Origin: Eledone cirrhosa
Lineage: Eukaryota
NCBI GenBank assembly: GCA_964016885.1
Contig: OZ024742.1
Location: forward strand, 237,832,001 to 237,896,000
Length of the DNA stretch: 64,000 nucleotides
Direction of reading: 5' to 3'
Shown: positions 27,020 through 40,234 of the stretch, one piece after another
Position numbering within the stretch: the first letter of the stretch is position 1
Layout: every line of letters begins with the position of its first letter
Notes under the pieces: model-generated
The model's input: only the letters and a program-made list of their open reading frames with translations
The model's database searches: none
What the model was told of the DNA's origin: nothing
Position numbers and translations under genes: made by a program

Positions 27020-30000
27020 AGATACTTTAGAGAATACCAATAGATATCCCGACAAAATTGACGGTATAAATATGGCCGACATCTCATTAACAGATGAGTT
27101 CAACAACAACAACACAAATATATACGGCAACACTATGGTCGACTCTGATTAATTATCTGCATTACAACTGCCACCTAAGTATGCGACATTCAAGAAGGTA
27201 AATATAATTAGTTGTTTGTCAGAAATAGAAAAATCATTTACAAAATTACGTTGGAGCCTCAAAAACAAAAACAAAAACAAAAGTAACAACATACGCACAC
27301 ACATATACAACACACATCCCAACAACAACAGACACAGCGACACAAACAACAATAACAACAACACACACATCAACAATAATAACATACTCAGAAACAACAA
27401 CAACAGACACGCAGACACAAACAACAATAACAACACACACAACAATAATAACACACACGGAGACAACAACAACACACATCAACAACAGCACACATCAACA
27501 ACAACAACAACAACAACACACACACATTCAATGCCTCTCACCACCACCACAATCTTAACAAACACACAGACACAGAAAACAGGTAATGACAGTAGCACAG
27601 AAATAAGGGAAGGTAATAGGATTGAAAGGAGAAGGGAGACTATGGACAGAGAAAATAACCAAGACGAACACACAGACACACAAAATAGAGTAGGTAATAA
27701 CAATGAGCCAGAGGAAAGAGACAGGAGTAATAATGAGAGACATAGAAACAACCATGAGGCTGTTGGTGGAAATAGAAATAGAAACAACACAACTAACAAT
27801 AACAATAGCACTAGTACACATAAAGCAGCAGCCTGGAACTCTACTTTTTATAATCCCTCCGATAAGTCGTTCGACCTGCGACGAGTCCACGCCACGACTT
27901 TACCTTTCAACAAACGTACGCAATTGCCGTCGCAGGTCGATGAACAAACAGAAGCACAATTTAGTATAGCTAGATCTAAACTTAGAAATATTATAGAACA
28001 GTATAGCAAGAAGCATAATAGAATGGAGGCCCAACAACTGGGAGAAAAATCTGCGAATTGCTTGCGTAAGCTCATGCAGCGCTCGCGTAATGGAGAGATA
28101 GCATGCTTTCCAACAGACAAGTCTGGCAGAATGTCGGTTGACAGTCTGCCAAACTACATCCAGGCAATGCAACCCCACATGACTAATACAAGAGAAGTAA
28201 CACCACAAGAGCATGAGGATAGAGAAAAAGCCCTCAATGCCCATATGGTGATGTGGACGAATATAATGCAGCCCAACAAAAGGACTGCCAACAACTTCCA
28301 GGCCTGGAACAATGACGTGCCAGCGTTGTATGGGCTTCGAAAAGACCATAAAACGGGCAGTGACCCTGTCACGGGACCACCAACACGGCCAGTCTGTGGA
28401 GCTAACATTGCTAGCAACTACAGACTGTCCTACTTCCTCTCCCTGATCATACGCCCCATCATTGAAATGTCCCCAGATGTATGTTACAGCACGGAGGACC
28501 TCCTCAGCAGAATCGGCGAGAGTAACAGATCTAGGGATCTAACAAACTGCACAATAGGTAGTATGGATGTTGTGTCCCTGTATCCATCTATTGACGTGGA
28601 TTTTGCTGTGGAGAAATGCGTAGAAATGATCAGTGAGTGCAATGTTGAGTTCCGTGGGATTGATACCAGTGAGCTGGGACTCCTACTTAAACAAACTTAC
28701 CTATAGTAATAATTACCTAGACACATATGACCTTAGCAACCTGTGTCCTACAAGACCAACAAGAGGCAGACCACCTACCATTACCTCAATAGCCAAGAAA
28801 ACCCACACAGATAGATGGAACGGGTGGACCAGAGCCATACGGACACCCGAAAACCACGATGAACTAAAGAAAATGATTGCACATGCGGTGGGGGCCAGCA
28901 TAAAATTAACCCTTAAGGAACATATGTTCAAATTTAATGGAAAAACATAAGCCCAAGAGGAAGGAGCAGCCATTGGTGTTAGCATTGCAGGCGACATAGA
29001 TAACTTATTCATGGTATGGTGGGACAGTAGACTTAAACTTAAACTTAAAGAACAATTAGAAGACCCCTTAACCCTGATAATGTACTCCCGCTCTGTTGAT
29101 GATATAAACATCGTAGTTAAAACACCCCCACTAGAGAACAGTCAGGAATTAGAGAAAAACACAATGGAAAGCATCCAGCAAATAGCTAACTCCATCCATC
29201 AGAGTATTAGAGTTACTATAGACTACCCAAGTAAACACCCCAACCATCGATTACCTGTACTAGACATAGAGCTCTGGTTAGATACCATTAATAACAAAAA
29301 ACAAATCCTCCATTCCCATTATGCCAAACCCATGACTTCCAAATATCTGATCCACCGAAACTCAGCTGTTTCGGACCATACCAAAATCAACATACTGATT
29401 GCGGATTTGGTACGAGTTATGAGAAACGTGTCCCGCATGTGCAACCCCGAAGAACTAGAGAGACACATACAACACTTCATCCACCGTATGCAGTTCTCTG
29501 GTTACAATCAGAGAGATAAAATCAGAGTGTATAGAGGAACCAGAACCAAATGGGAAAAAATGGTAAATAATGACACACATGGGACCTGCCCCTTGTATAG
29601 GAGCAAATTTTGGAGTAGAATAGAAAGAACTAGGAATAAGGCTAATAGAATAAACTCATGGTATGATAGCAATAAATACCAGAGTGTAATGTTCATCGAT
29701 ACAACCCCTAGAGGTGAATTAGCTTACAAATTTAGAAGGGCCCTAGATAAACATAAACTCAATATTAAGATAGTAGAAAGACCAGGTACCTCCATAAAAA
29801 CACTTATTAGCAAGACATACCCTTTTCAAAGACCCCCCTGTATAGATAAGAAATGTATAACCTGTAAATTAAGCCCCCATATTAACTGTAAAACTAGAAA
29901 TGTAGTGTATAGCATAAGATGTACTGAAGGACAATGTAGAGACAAAAATGTAGTGTACATAGGTGAGACAGCTCGTAGTGTAGGGGAACGGATAAATGAA

Positions 30001-30672
30001 CACTGGTGAGACCTTCAAGATAGTAAAGAATCATCTGTACTCTACCAGCATGCTAAAATAGAACACAAGGGTAAATTAGAGAACATAGAAATAAAAATAG
30101 AATCTACACACAGAAAAGACGCAATGTTTAGACAGATCATAGAGGCAATAAACATAAAAGAATTACAACCAAAATTAAATAGAAAGCATGAGTGAAACAG
30201 CAACATCACAACTTACAATTAAGGACAAAATGAAAACACACACACACATAGAACAAACAACCAACCTGTAACATGTAAATAAACAAATAAATAAACGAAT
30301 ATAAACACACACAGACACCCGGATGTGGCGCATGCGCAGACTGAGCACACAACACACACACAGAAACAAGATGGCGTAGGACAGAACAAAGGAGAGGCAC
30401 AAAAACAAAGAAAAGAATCCCCAGTTACTGAAGAGGTTACAGAATGTGTGACGAAAGAACTTTGACAATATATAAACAACCATCTGGTTGTGGAACCAAC
30501 CAACCGGAAATTTATAAATTCCTAAATTTATAAATTTATTATAATAAATTGAAGTGAAAGCAACTGTCGCGTGTGTTTCTCATGTGCAACATGACCCTCC
30601 CAAAGTATAACAATATCGGTTTCAACACACGTTTTCAGATAAAGAATCTTGCTAAACAAATTCAGAAACGAA
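27018..30672 (+). mobile_element. Penelope-like retroelement, 5'-truncated, RT plus C-terminal GIY-YIG, inactivated; 3' pseudo-LTR with HHR
   Basis: Motifs LQLPPKYA, EKSFTKLRW, TDKSG, LYGLRKDHK, RPV, GSMDVVSLYPSI, QEEGAAIG, (Y>S)VDD, LPVLD, HYAKP, CKTRNVVYSIRC, YIGETARS, ERINEH, EAINI, PKLN. Stops at ~27150, 28948, 30007 and 30193, and a 4-bp duplication frameshift at ~28690. Begins in (TA)n. Confidence 0.93.
30424..30466 (+). ncRNA. Hammerhead ribozyme in the PLE 3' pseudo-LTR
   Basis: gtta-CTGAAGA-g-gttaca(gaatg)tgtgac-GAAA-gaac-TT-tgac, about 230 bp downstream of the ORF end, which is the expected PLE position. Confidence 0.75.
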
Positions 30673-30684
30673 ATATATATATAT

Positions 30685-31414
30685 AAAATGAAGAATTAGA
30701 AATAGAAGTTAGGAATATCCATCATCAGTTGTCTACTAGGCATCATGTAGACAACTGATGATGAATATTCCAAACTTCTATTTCTAATTCTTCATTTTTG
30801 TATACATAAATGCAACAACACAGCTCGCCATTTTTTATTTATATATGCTTTCCCCTTTGCTGTGACCTGTCTTTTTTCTCTTCCCTTGCAGCTATCTTCT
30901 TTCTCTCTCCCCCTTCTCTCTCCTTATCCCTCTTACTTTCACTCACCCCCTCTGCTAGTCACCTTCTCTCGGCTAATCTCTTCCTCGCACTTTCACTCAC
31001 TCACTCTCTGCTACTCACCCTCTCACTCACTTCCTCCATCGTCCCACACAGTACGTGATCTTTCTTCTCGCTCACATCCGTACAGTTAAGGTGTGTCTTT
31101 GTTCTCCACCTCAATATTCGCCTGTTCTTATCTTCGAAATGAATTATTGACTTGATTTTTTCCATTTTTTCCTCTCTTTACGTTGCCTCACCCATCGTGT
31201 CTGTTTACATGTCTTTCTCTTTCTCCACCCAACTCTTTTTATCCCAATAACGTATCTTAGTTATTGTATCGCCCTAGAAGGAGGTATATTGTCTGTAATG
31301 CGAAGAAATACCTATGACGTCTAGTAGACAACTGATGATGGATATTCCTAACTTCTATTTCTAATTCTTCATTTTTTATTTATAAATGCAACAACACAGC
31401 TCGCCATTTTTGAT
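30685..31414 (+). mobile_element. Non-coding element with ~90-bp terminal direct repeats and a 5' inverted stub
   Basis: Direct repeats at 30747-30838 and 31324-31414; inverted stub at 30685-30739; pyrimidine-rich core; TA flanks. Confidence 0.8.
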
Positions 31415-31602
31415 TTATATATATACATATATATATATATACATACTACTACTATGACTACTAAAACTCTGAGATTGTGTGCTTGTCTGTAATCTAATAT
31501 AGCCAAACGGCGCATACTTTGAAAGGAAGTTGCCTCTGAAATGGGAATACAAATGGACTAAAACAAGTATCGCGTAAATCGGAGCATGTCTCAGAAACGC
31601 AA

Positions 31603-31664
<62 letters not shown>

Positions 31665-31672
31665 ACTCTCTT

Positions 31673-31743
<71 letters not shown>

Positions 31744-31749
<6 letters not shown>

Positions 31750-32247
31750 CAGGAAAGAGGGTTTACATGGTTTGCTATACAAAAAAGTTTTTAATCACAT
31801 AGCTTACATTTGTTTCACTGAACTGGTATGTCTAGAGATCGCTATCCGCTTAATTTTGCGTTAGTAACCGTATTTTCTTTTCTTTTCTTGCCTGTGTATT
31901 TTCTTCATTCTCGCATGCTCCGAAGATCTGACTGGTTATAATTCTGTATTGGCGATCGAGTAACGCAAAATTAAGCGGATAGCGATCTCTAGACATACCA
32001 GTTCAGTGAAACAAATGTAAGCTATGTGATTAAAAACTTTTTTGTATAGCAAACCATGTAAACCTTCTTTTCTGATTTATTATTACTCCAAGTGTTTACA
32101 ACATAGGAATTACAGCATACCCGCAGCATCACTATGAAAACGCCTTGTTGAGTCAAACCAAGCCAAGCGTTAATATCATCCACTACCTGGAATACCATAA
32201 CTGAACTTCACCTAAGTGGACTGCATTTAACTATTATTTGTTAATCC

Positions 32248-32248
<1 letters not shown>
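31744..32248 (+). mobile_element. Fold-back unit (arms 31744-31863 and 31961-32080) plus tail in (TA)n, with long-stem-II HHR at 31911-32029
   Basis: Near-perfect 120-bp arms; tcgcatgct-CCGAAGA-t-ctgactggt...accagttcag-t-GAAA-caaatg-TA-agctatgtga. Confidence 0.8.
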
Positions 32249-32312
<64 letters not shown>

Positions 32313-34196
32313 GAGCGAGAGTCTGCCGTGTTGAGACAGGGGAGACCACTAATTATGGGAGTACTTAAAGCATGGGGAGAAATGCAGGGTGGGCATATAT
32401 ATCTATATATATGTATATATATTGTTGTGAAAAATCAGATGCTTATATCCATTGTTGTTAGAGCACTAGGTCCAAAGGATGAGTTGGGTATAGAATTAGT
32501 TCCACAACAATTACCAAATCATATTTGAGAATACGTGTTCTGAGATAAGGCGAAAGAGAGACAGAGGGGGGGGGGCGAGATTAGTGATTACTATATACAT
32601 ACATTGGAGTGAGTGAACCCTTGTAGATAAAACATTTAAACAATAAGTGCAAGCAGAATGTACATTCTATTTCCCGAAAGAGAAAATAACACACACACGC
32701 ATACGTGAACGCGCGCCCGCGCGCGTGTGTGTGTGAGTGTGTGTGTCTGTGTGGTTGTGTGTCTGCGTGTATGTGTGAGTGCGTGTGTGTGTTGCGTGTG
32801 TGTGTGTGTGTGCGTGTGTGTCGGTGTGTGTCTGTGTGTGTCTGTGTGTGAGCGCACGCGTATGTTTATATGTATGTATTTATGTAAGTATGTTTGTGTG
32901 TATGTATGTATGTGTGTGTATGTATGTTTTTATGCATGTATGCATGTGCATACTGAGCTTTATATTCAGTCGCTTTAAACAGCAGAACTATTTATAGCGA
33001 ACTGGTTTTGATGCAAGGGAAACAACTCACACACAATTGTGTATCAAAATCGAAAACGATACAATTAGTGATAATAAACCTGATATAAAATATAAAGAAA
33101 AATAATTGAATTGACAATAAAAAAAATACATATATGTAATGATTTAAGGGAAGACAACTAATGTAGGCTACAATTCTACGGCAGCTTTTGTATGTTTTAT
33201 AACGTTCACCATTGAGATCTCAAATTTCCTCGGGCTCTGATCTGCTGTTTTCCACCACCACAGTATCATGCGGAATGGCATATTGCCTGTAGGAGCCATC
33301 TGAGGAGAAATGGTAGATGCTGTGGGCATCACTGGCTGCTAACTGCAGCAATGTGTTCGCCATCTTCTCAGCGTGACGCAGATGGGATGTTGATTTCAGT
33401 CAAAGCTGTAGAGTTTTTTTCCCTTTCTTTATTCTCTTATTCTCTCCTCTTTATCTTATCGGGCTCTCTGCATGGTAAGGTTACTTTTAACGAAATCAAA
33501 CAAAATTTGTTATACACTTTTTTTCCTTTTTAAAGGAAACTGTTTAATGTCATAGAATTAGGGGATAAAATTAATTAAACTTCTTTCTAAAATTCGGAGA
33601 AGTTAAAAATGGGAATTGTTCGTAAAATATATAGTGTTTTTTTTTTCTTCTTCGGTGAGGGGGGAGGGTATTTTAAGATCTGAAAGTATTTAGGGATAAA
33701 ATGTGTTTGAGTGCCCCTGCACAGAGATTTTCTGAATTTCCGCGAGTTAACCGTTCTTAATAAATTAATAAACCTCGACATCAATTTTGTATCATGTAAT
33801 ATCTTTTTATAATTAGGGTGTTGGAGTTTGTCCATAAAATCTAACCATGGGATCCGCAATTTTAAAAATATATTAAGGTTCAGCAATTTGTGGAAAATAA
33901 TGTCATAATTCTGTGATAAAATATAATTAAGAACCACTGAAATAGAACAACAGTTCGTGAAGTGGTTTCCGAGAATCTCCAGGATTCTATAAAAATGTTC
34001 TGGGCTTCCGCGAGATAAGGTATATTATAAAATAAAATGAACAATAATAATAATTCTTCGTATATGAACAAGTTCTTTTTCTAAAACAATTTTGTAGGGA
34101 AGATTGTTCATAAATTACAGGCATGGGTTCTGCGATTTTTAGAAAGTCGTATATAATTTCTGTGACAAAATATATTCGGTTAGCACTTCTTTAGAG

Positions 34197-34821
34197 CAAT
34201 GTTTTCCAAAGTGGGTTCTGAAAAACTCTAGGACTCGTGAGATGAGGTGCCTTTTAAAATGAAATTATATGAAATGTTATAGTACATGCACATGTACAGA
34301 CACGCGCATATGCATACACGCACGTGCGAATAAATTCTCTCTGTAAAACAAATGCGTTTATTTCATTTAATAAATTAGAATGCTGCTATTGTTGCATGGC
34401 TGAATGGGTAAGACGTTCGCTTCGTGATTATAAGGTCATGGCCTCGAGCCGACTACCTGGAATATTGTCATCCACCATAGTTTCGTGTCAAGTCAAGACT
34501 TGTGAGTGAATTGGGATTGATGTAAATTAATGGAAACCCGTCAGATGGACTGTGACTGTAATACGATGGACCCGCCATGACCCTCATTGTTATACTGAAT
34601 CTCCCTCAGCATTACGTAAAAATATATGTGGACTGCTCAGACACTTACACGTTAATTTCACGAGCAGGCTGTTCCATTGATAGAAAAACTAGAATATTCT
34701 TCAAAATTAGAGCAATGAGGATTGTTCGTGAAATATAGATAGGGATTCCACGATGTTTATTGCACTTTTCTTTTGTAAAAGTGTCAGGGGTCCACAAGAA
34801 AATAAATTTGAAGACCACCGT
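34197..34821. mobile_element. Possible hAT (Charlie-like) MITE interrupted by a SINE
   Basis: Degenerate terminal repeats caatgttttccaaa and tttgaagaccaccg; the flanks ctttagag and ttgtagat resemble the NTCTAGAN target. Confidence 0.4.
34390..34700 (+). mobile_element. Ceph/OR2-like tRNA-derived SINE, diverged
   Basis: tRNA-like head gcatggctgaatgggtaagacgttcgcttc and 3' part ctgaatctccc...cacgttaatttcacgagcaggctgttcc. Confidence 0.65.
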
Positions 34822-35064
34822 TGTAGATAATGCTATATAAAACCTTCAACAAAAATTACCTGCTTTTATACTATCACGCATACAGTCATGTCACTGTTAT
34901 TTTCCTTTGTTTTTTGTTTTTTTCAGTATGTCTTTAGTTTTCCCTTCTCAAAATCTTTTATGTGATTTATACAAAATTTACTATGACATTATCTATGTGT
35001 GTAGTAAGACGTTACTTAAAGTGATGGCGCCAAGATGGGCTGAGAGCTGTAACACATTTTCATT

Positions 35065-35208
35065 TGACGCATAGAGTTATGGCCCTTGCCATTCTGAGTT
35101 CAAATCCCGCCAAGCTTAACTTTGCCTTTCATCCTCACGGGGTCGATAAAATAAAGTACCAGTAATGTACTGGGTAATTGCTGGCCTTGTGTCAATAGTA
35201 GAAACAAT
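35065..35208 (+). mobile_element. OK/Nin-type SINE, 5'-truncated
   Basis: B-box, core and 3' end followed by (att)n. Confidence 0.85.
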
Positions 35209-35574
35209 TATTATTATTATTATTATTGGTTGTTGAACTACAGAGACGTGTTTTGTTATTATTTCTATTGTTTAACAGATTTTCTAATGTTTTGAAGATA
35301 AAGGACTCCCTTGTGAGATGGTCCTTTTTTCCATAATTGCAACATTTAGGGACTAAATTGATGTTGTTTGTACAAACACACCCCAAAAATATTTGTAGAG
35401 TAACAAATACAAACATGGCGGACGCCAAAATTTAGTCCTCAAAACAAAAAAGCGGTTTGTTCATTCAAGAGAACAGCGACATTTCGGTGAGCAGCAGTGA
35501 CAGCACCAGCTGTTACATTTAACTAGCAGCAGCCAAGAACGGATGTTTCCTAACAAGACAAAAGACTGTGGCAA

Positions 35575-35825
35575 ACTTATATAATATTCAATTTGTTTGC
35601 AATTATGCAAACATTCTCTTTAAGCCATGTGATGAAGGGTAATCACCCAGAAACATTAGTGTCTGCGGTTCTGTTTATATGCCAACACAAGAGCAAGAAT
35701 GACGCGGTTATTCTATTCACATTTCTTAAAGAGACTGTTTGCATAATTGCAAACGAAACGAATATTATTATTAATATTTGAAAAACTCAGATTTACATTT
35801 ATTGTATTCAGTCATGTAGAGCGAT
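35575..35825 (+). mobile_element. Second copy of the 2030-2520 HHR element, with 5' inverted stub
   Basis: HHR at 35622-35670 (GTGATGA-agggtaatcaccca-GAAA-cattagtg-TC). The stub 35581-35613 is the reverse complement of 35736-35768. Ends at (TA)n. Confidence 0.75.
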
Positions 35826-36011
35826 AAAACTATTTGTGATATATATATATATCTATATATTTATTCAGGTTTGAGGTTCACCACTGGATAGAGCTGGTCA
35901 ATTCCGTATGGTCAATCGCAATGTAATAATATAGAGAGTACTCAACGTAAAGCAGTTCAACCGTCTTTGTTTTTGTAGTTGGTGGTGCTATTACGGAGTT
36001 AAATATTATAA

Positions 36012-36196
36012 TTGTTTTTACTTTAGGCACAAGGCCAGCAATTATCCAGTACATTGCTGGTACTTTATTTTATCGACCCCGTAAGGATGAAAGGCAAAGT
36101 AAACCTTGGCGGGATTTGAACTCAGACCGTAAAGGGATGTAACTATGCTAGAAAACATGGCGTCCAACCCTCTACCGATACTGCTAATTCGCCGCC
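36012..36196 (-). mobile_element. OK/Nin-type SINE, full length, with TSD
   Basis: TSD gttaaatattataat at 35998 and 36197. Confidence 0.9.
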
Positions 36197-36256
36197 GTTA
36201 AATATTATAATGAAATGACAGGAGGCTGGATTTGTGTAAATCCTTGAAAGGTTTAT

Positions 36257-36316
36257 TATACTATGATCATTTCAATGACCGGATTCCGTATGAATCCGGT
36301 GATATCATCAGGTATT
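36257..36316 (-). ncRNA. Type I hammerhead ribozyme, intact core
   Basis: Minus strand: atac-CTGATGA-tatc-accggattc(atacg)gaatccggt-catt-GAAA-tgatca-TA-gtat; perfectly palindromic stem III. Confidence 0.88.
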
Positions 36317-36519
36317 CGAAATATAATACGTGAATGTAATAGATAAAATCCATGGGGCTGAAAATCGAGGACCCGAGGGCGACCGCCATCCAGCATCTTC
36401 TACCTTTGCCGGTCGCCCTCGAGTGACGTGGCTAAAGCTTACAGTGTGCTACTACCGATCAAATAAAGGAAAACGGAAAGGGATGGGAGCATAATTTAGC
36501 GTTAATATCATGCCACAAG

Positions 36520-36930
36520 AAAAAAGAAAGAAAGAAAGAAAGAAGAGAGAAGAAGGGGGAAGGGAAAAGAAGAGAAGCCAGGGTTAATGTCAGCTATAAG
36601 AAGAAAGACAGAAAGAAAGAGGAGGAAAGGTCGGTATTACAGTCAGGCCAGGATTGTCGCGAAGAAATTTTTTTATTCTAAGGGACCCGTATCTTAACAA
36701 CTACTACAGGTCAAATATAGGCAAACAAAAAGGGGAAGGAAGATAAGTCAGCGGGAGGAAGACAGAAAGAAGGGAGAAGAGAAGGAAGAAAAGGAAGAAG
36801 TAGAAAAGTTATGGTTGAAGGCTACAAGAAGAAAGATAGAAAGAAAGAGGAAGAAAGGTCGATATTAATGTCAGACTACAGTCAGGCCAAGAGTGGAGCG
36901 AAAAATTTTTCACAGGGACCCGTATCTTAG
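36520..36930. repeat. Purine-rich imperfect tandem duplication (~235-bp period)
   Basis: agaaagaaagaggaggaaaggtc...cagtcaggcca...agggacccgtatctta occurs at ~36600-36697 and ~36830-36929. Confidence 0.7.
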
Positions 36931-38069
36931 CAGAGGTAAATATAGTGGGGGTCAGTGTGTTATAATGTGTGAGCAGAAGATTGGAACGTTACGTTTTTGT
37001 TTAGACTTATAGGATGAAGTTAAAAATTAATATTTAATATTAAAGAAATTAGAAAATTTAAAGTTTAACATTTTTAAGGTTGCGAGGTTTAGGCAAAGAA
37101 AGAGTCTTTTATGAAGACACTTAAATTTTATTATAGAGTAAAGATTATGTCTTTGTTTAGCCGTCAAACAGCATGCGGCGACCACAAGCTTGGGCAGCCG
37201 AGCCCATCACTCCGAGTGATATCGCCTAGCGAAAGATATGGAAATCGATTTTTCCGAGCACTCTAGGAATGTATAACAGGCTTCAGTTGCGCCAGCAAGA
37301 AGCCAGCCCGCATCGTTAGGCCATTCTTGTACAAAACCTGTACTATTCCTTTACCCAGGATATTATACTTTAGGAAGGTCATGTTGCGAATAAAAACACA
37401 AGCACCTGTTGGTTTTCACTTCAATGAAGTGAAATCCAGTGTGTGTGAGTTTTTATTGGCAGTATGACCCTAGCAAAGTATAACAATATCTGATTCAACA
37501 CACATTTTCAGATGTAGGTTCTGCAAGATATTTATTCGTTCGTCGATGCACAACCCACAAGAAATATTCCCATTACAGTATGGCCTAGATTGGGCCAGAA
37601 CCTTCCATTGAATAAAATAATCCACGTCAGCCTCTTTGAGGTATCTTATGTGGCTTGCGAGCTTTGTGGACGATCGCTTATCCTAGTGTTTGTATTTTGC
37701 AGCGATTACGTAATAGTTCTTGTTTAAATACAAATCCGATTTTTATAATCGATGCCCACACGCCTCCAAGTACGTATTACGTAACTACAAGGACCCAGAC
37801 TAATTTTATCCAGAATGGACCCAGACTGATTTTATCGAGAATGAACTCAATCGTCTCCCTTTCATCAGTCCCCCTTGTTAACGAATTGGCCCATGATCGG
37901 GCAATTCATAAACTTCCGTTTTTCAGTAGTACTTCACTCGAGTAGAAAATCCGTTATGTGAAACACATGTCTTCGCATATGATTTGCTAATATGTTGTGG
38001 AACTAACTTTATTCCGAACTCGTACTATGTACTGAGTGCTCTACTTTCTACGAATATAGTGTTCTACCA

Positions 38070-38197
<128 letters not shown>

Positions 38198-39756
38198 ATA
38201 TATATATATGTACAATGAATATATATATTTAGTCATACAAATATTTTACGCTTGTGCATAAATCTTATTAATCACGTGTCTTCATGTTTCATTTTTTGTT
38301 AGCCTTGTTTATACTCTCACTCTGTTCAATCGTCTGTTCCCTTGTTCTATTTATGTTGTTTTTAACTGCTATATATATGTGAGTGTATGTATCTAAAATG
38401 ATATAGACATATACTGTTTGATCAAGAAAAGGGTAGCTGAGCTCATGACACATTTCTGGCCTCTGAGACTGTTGGGAAGGAGGGAAAAAAGTATCTTCAA
38501 TATGGAGTCTTATTCCGAATGCTTGCAATAAATTTGATTCCGCTAAAGACACCAAGGACCGAGTAGTGGTGTTAAATGGGTCAACGGATTAAGTCTACTA
38601 CCCAAGTAGAGCACCATGGTATTTGAATTCAAGATGAACATAGCTGATAGTGAGAAACTTATGAGAGAACAGGTCTTCAGAGAAGAAGCCACTCTCATGC
38701 ATATTTCGGCTTTTAACTCCTTATACTCATGGGACCGGGCTGCATCTAGGTCATGACTCCTTGGTTTCCTTCTGCTGATGCCATTTAATCTTTAGACAAG
38801 TGGAGGCTTGTTGTGTGTAAGATACTTAAGCCTCGTGGAGATCGCTTCTGTTCTTCTTCGAACAGATCCAGCTGGAACATTTCTCTGGTCCCTCTGCTAT
38901 TCTGTTTAGGAAGATGGTCCACTTCTTGCTAGAGATTGAGAGCCGTTTAAAAGATTATAGGCATATTTGCCAGCAAATCCACTGGGTCCAGGCACTATGG
39001 CGAAATATTTAGCCTAGAAACAAGAATAAATAACGCAAACAAAGTCTGCGCTCTAACCGTTCCGTAAACCATTGCTTTGGACAGGAAGCACTGTATTTCA
39101 AGAACACCCGAAAAGATTTTAAAAAGATAATGTATGAGAAAGACACAGACAGCTGGAACAAACACCACAAGACATTGTGTTCTACACTCTAAAAAGCAAA
39201 AACGTGGTATCACTCTGAAATTCTCTGAAAATTATGTTGTATATACGTCTCTGCGGAATGCTTAACCACTTGCACGCTAATACCCCGTTAATCGAACAAC
39301 AGCAACATTCGTCGTCTGAACCGAATGAGGTCCAACACAGAAACCTACCTCCCCCCGTCCGGGCATTTTGTCCTACGCTCAAAACGCCTCCGCCTTGCCC
39401 AAAATATGAGAAATAACACTATATATTCATTAGTTGAATCCTTATTTAATTAGTATGTTGTGTATTCAGCTAACAAAAACAACTTGATTTAAGATTTCTA
39501 ACAAATTTCATAAACAAATTTTCATGCGATTAATTGTGGAAAATATTTTACATTGTAAACTTTCTATAAACTGGGAACGTAATTTAATAAAATGAAAACA
39601 AAAATAATTCTTCGGTTATATTTGAATAGAGATTGAAAATACACGTTGAATCGATATTGAACATATGTTTTTTCGAATTATTTTTCCATACTGAACTTTA
39701 CTTACATGCATTTCTGTACACACACACACACATATACACACACACATACACGCACG

Positions 39757-39787
<31 letters not shown>

Positions 39788-39790
39788 GTA

Positions 39791-39840
<50 letters not shown>

Positions 39841-40088
39841 TAGATACACATACAACACACACTCATATATGTATATATGATGGCAGATGGTTGTATATGT
39901 TTGCGCAGCCATGCACGGATACATGTTATGAGTTACAATTTTTTAAAATCTTATTTTAGATTGTATTTAATATTTTCACGAAATTCCATGAAATATTTAC
40001 AAGAAATAACAGCACTTATGTGAAATATTCCCCACTGCCATATCGGTAATAGTTCTAAAAAATATATATATTTATATATATATATACA

Positions 40089-40234
<146 letters not shown>

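Noticed and set aside
30007-30195. In-frame TGA codons in the PLE ORF read as selenocysteine, as in some Naiad elements
   Set aside because: The positions fit Arg (EHW-R-D, CGA to TGA) and Trp (HE-W, TGG to TGA), not Cys. The ORF also has TAA stops, a frameshift and a YVDD to SVDD change, so this is ordinary decay.
33230-35560. GC-richer patches and YY1-like aacatggcgg motif as a host promoter or first exon
   Set aside because: Short motifs alone, with no linked ORF, cannot be distinguished from TE debris.
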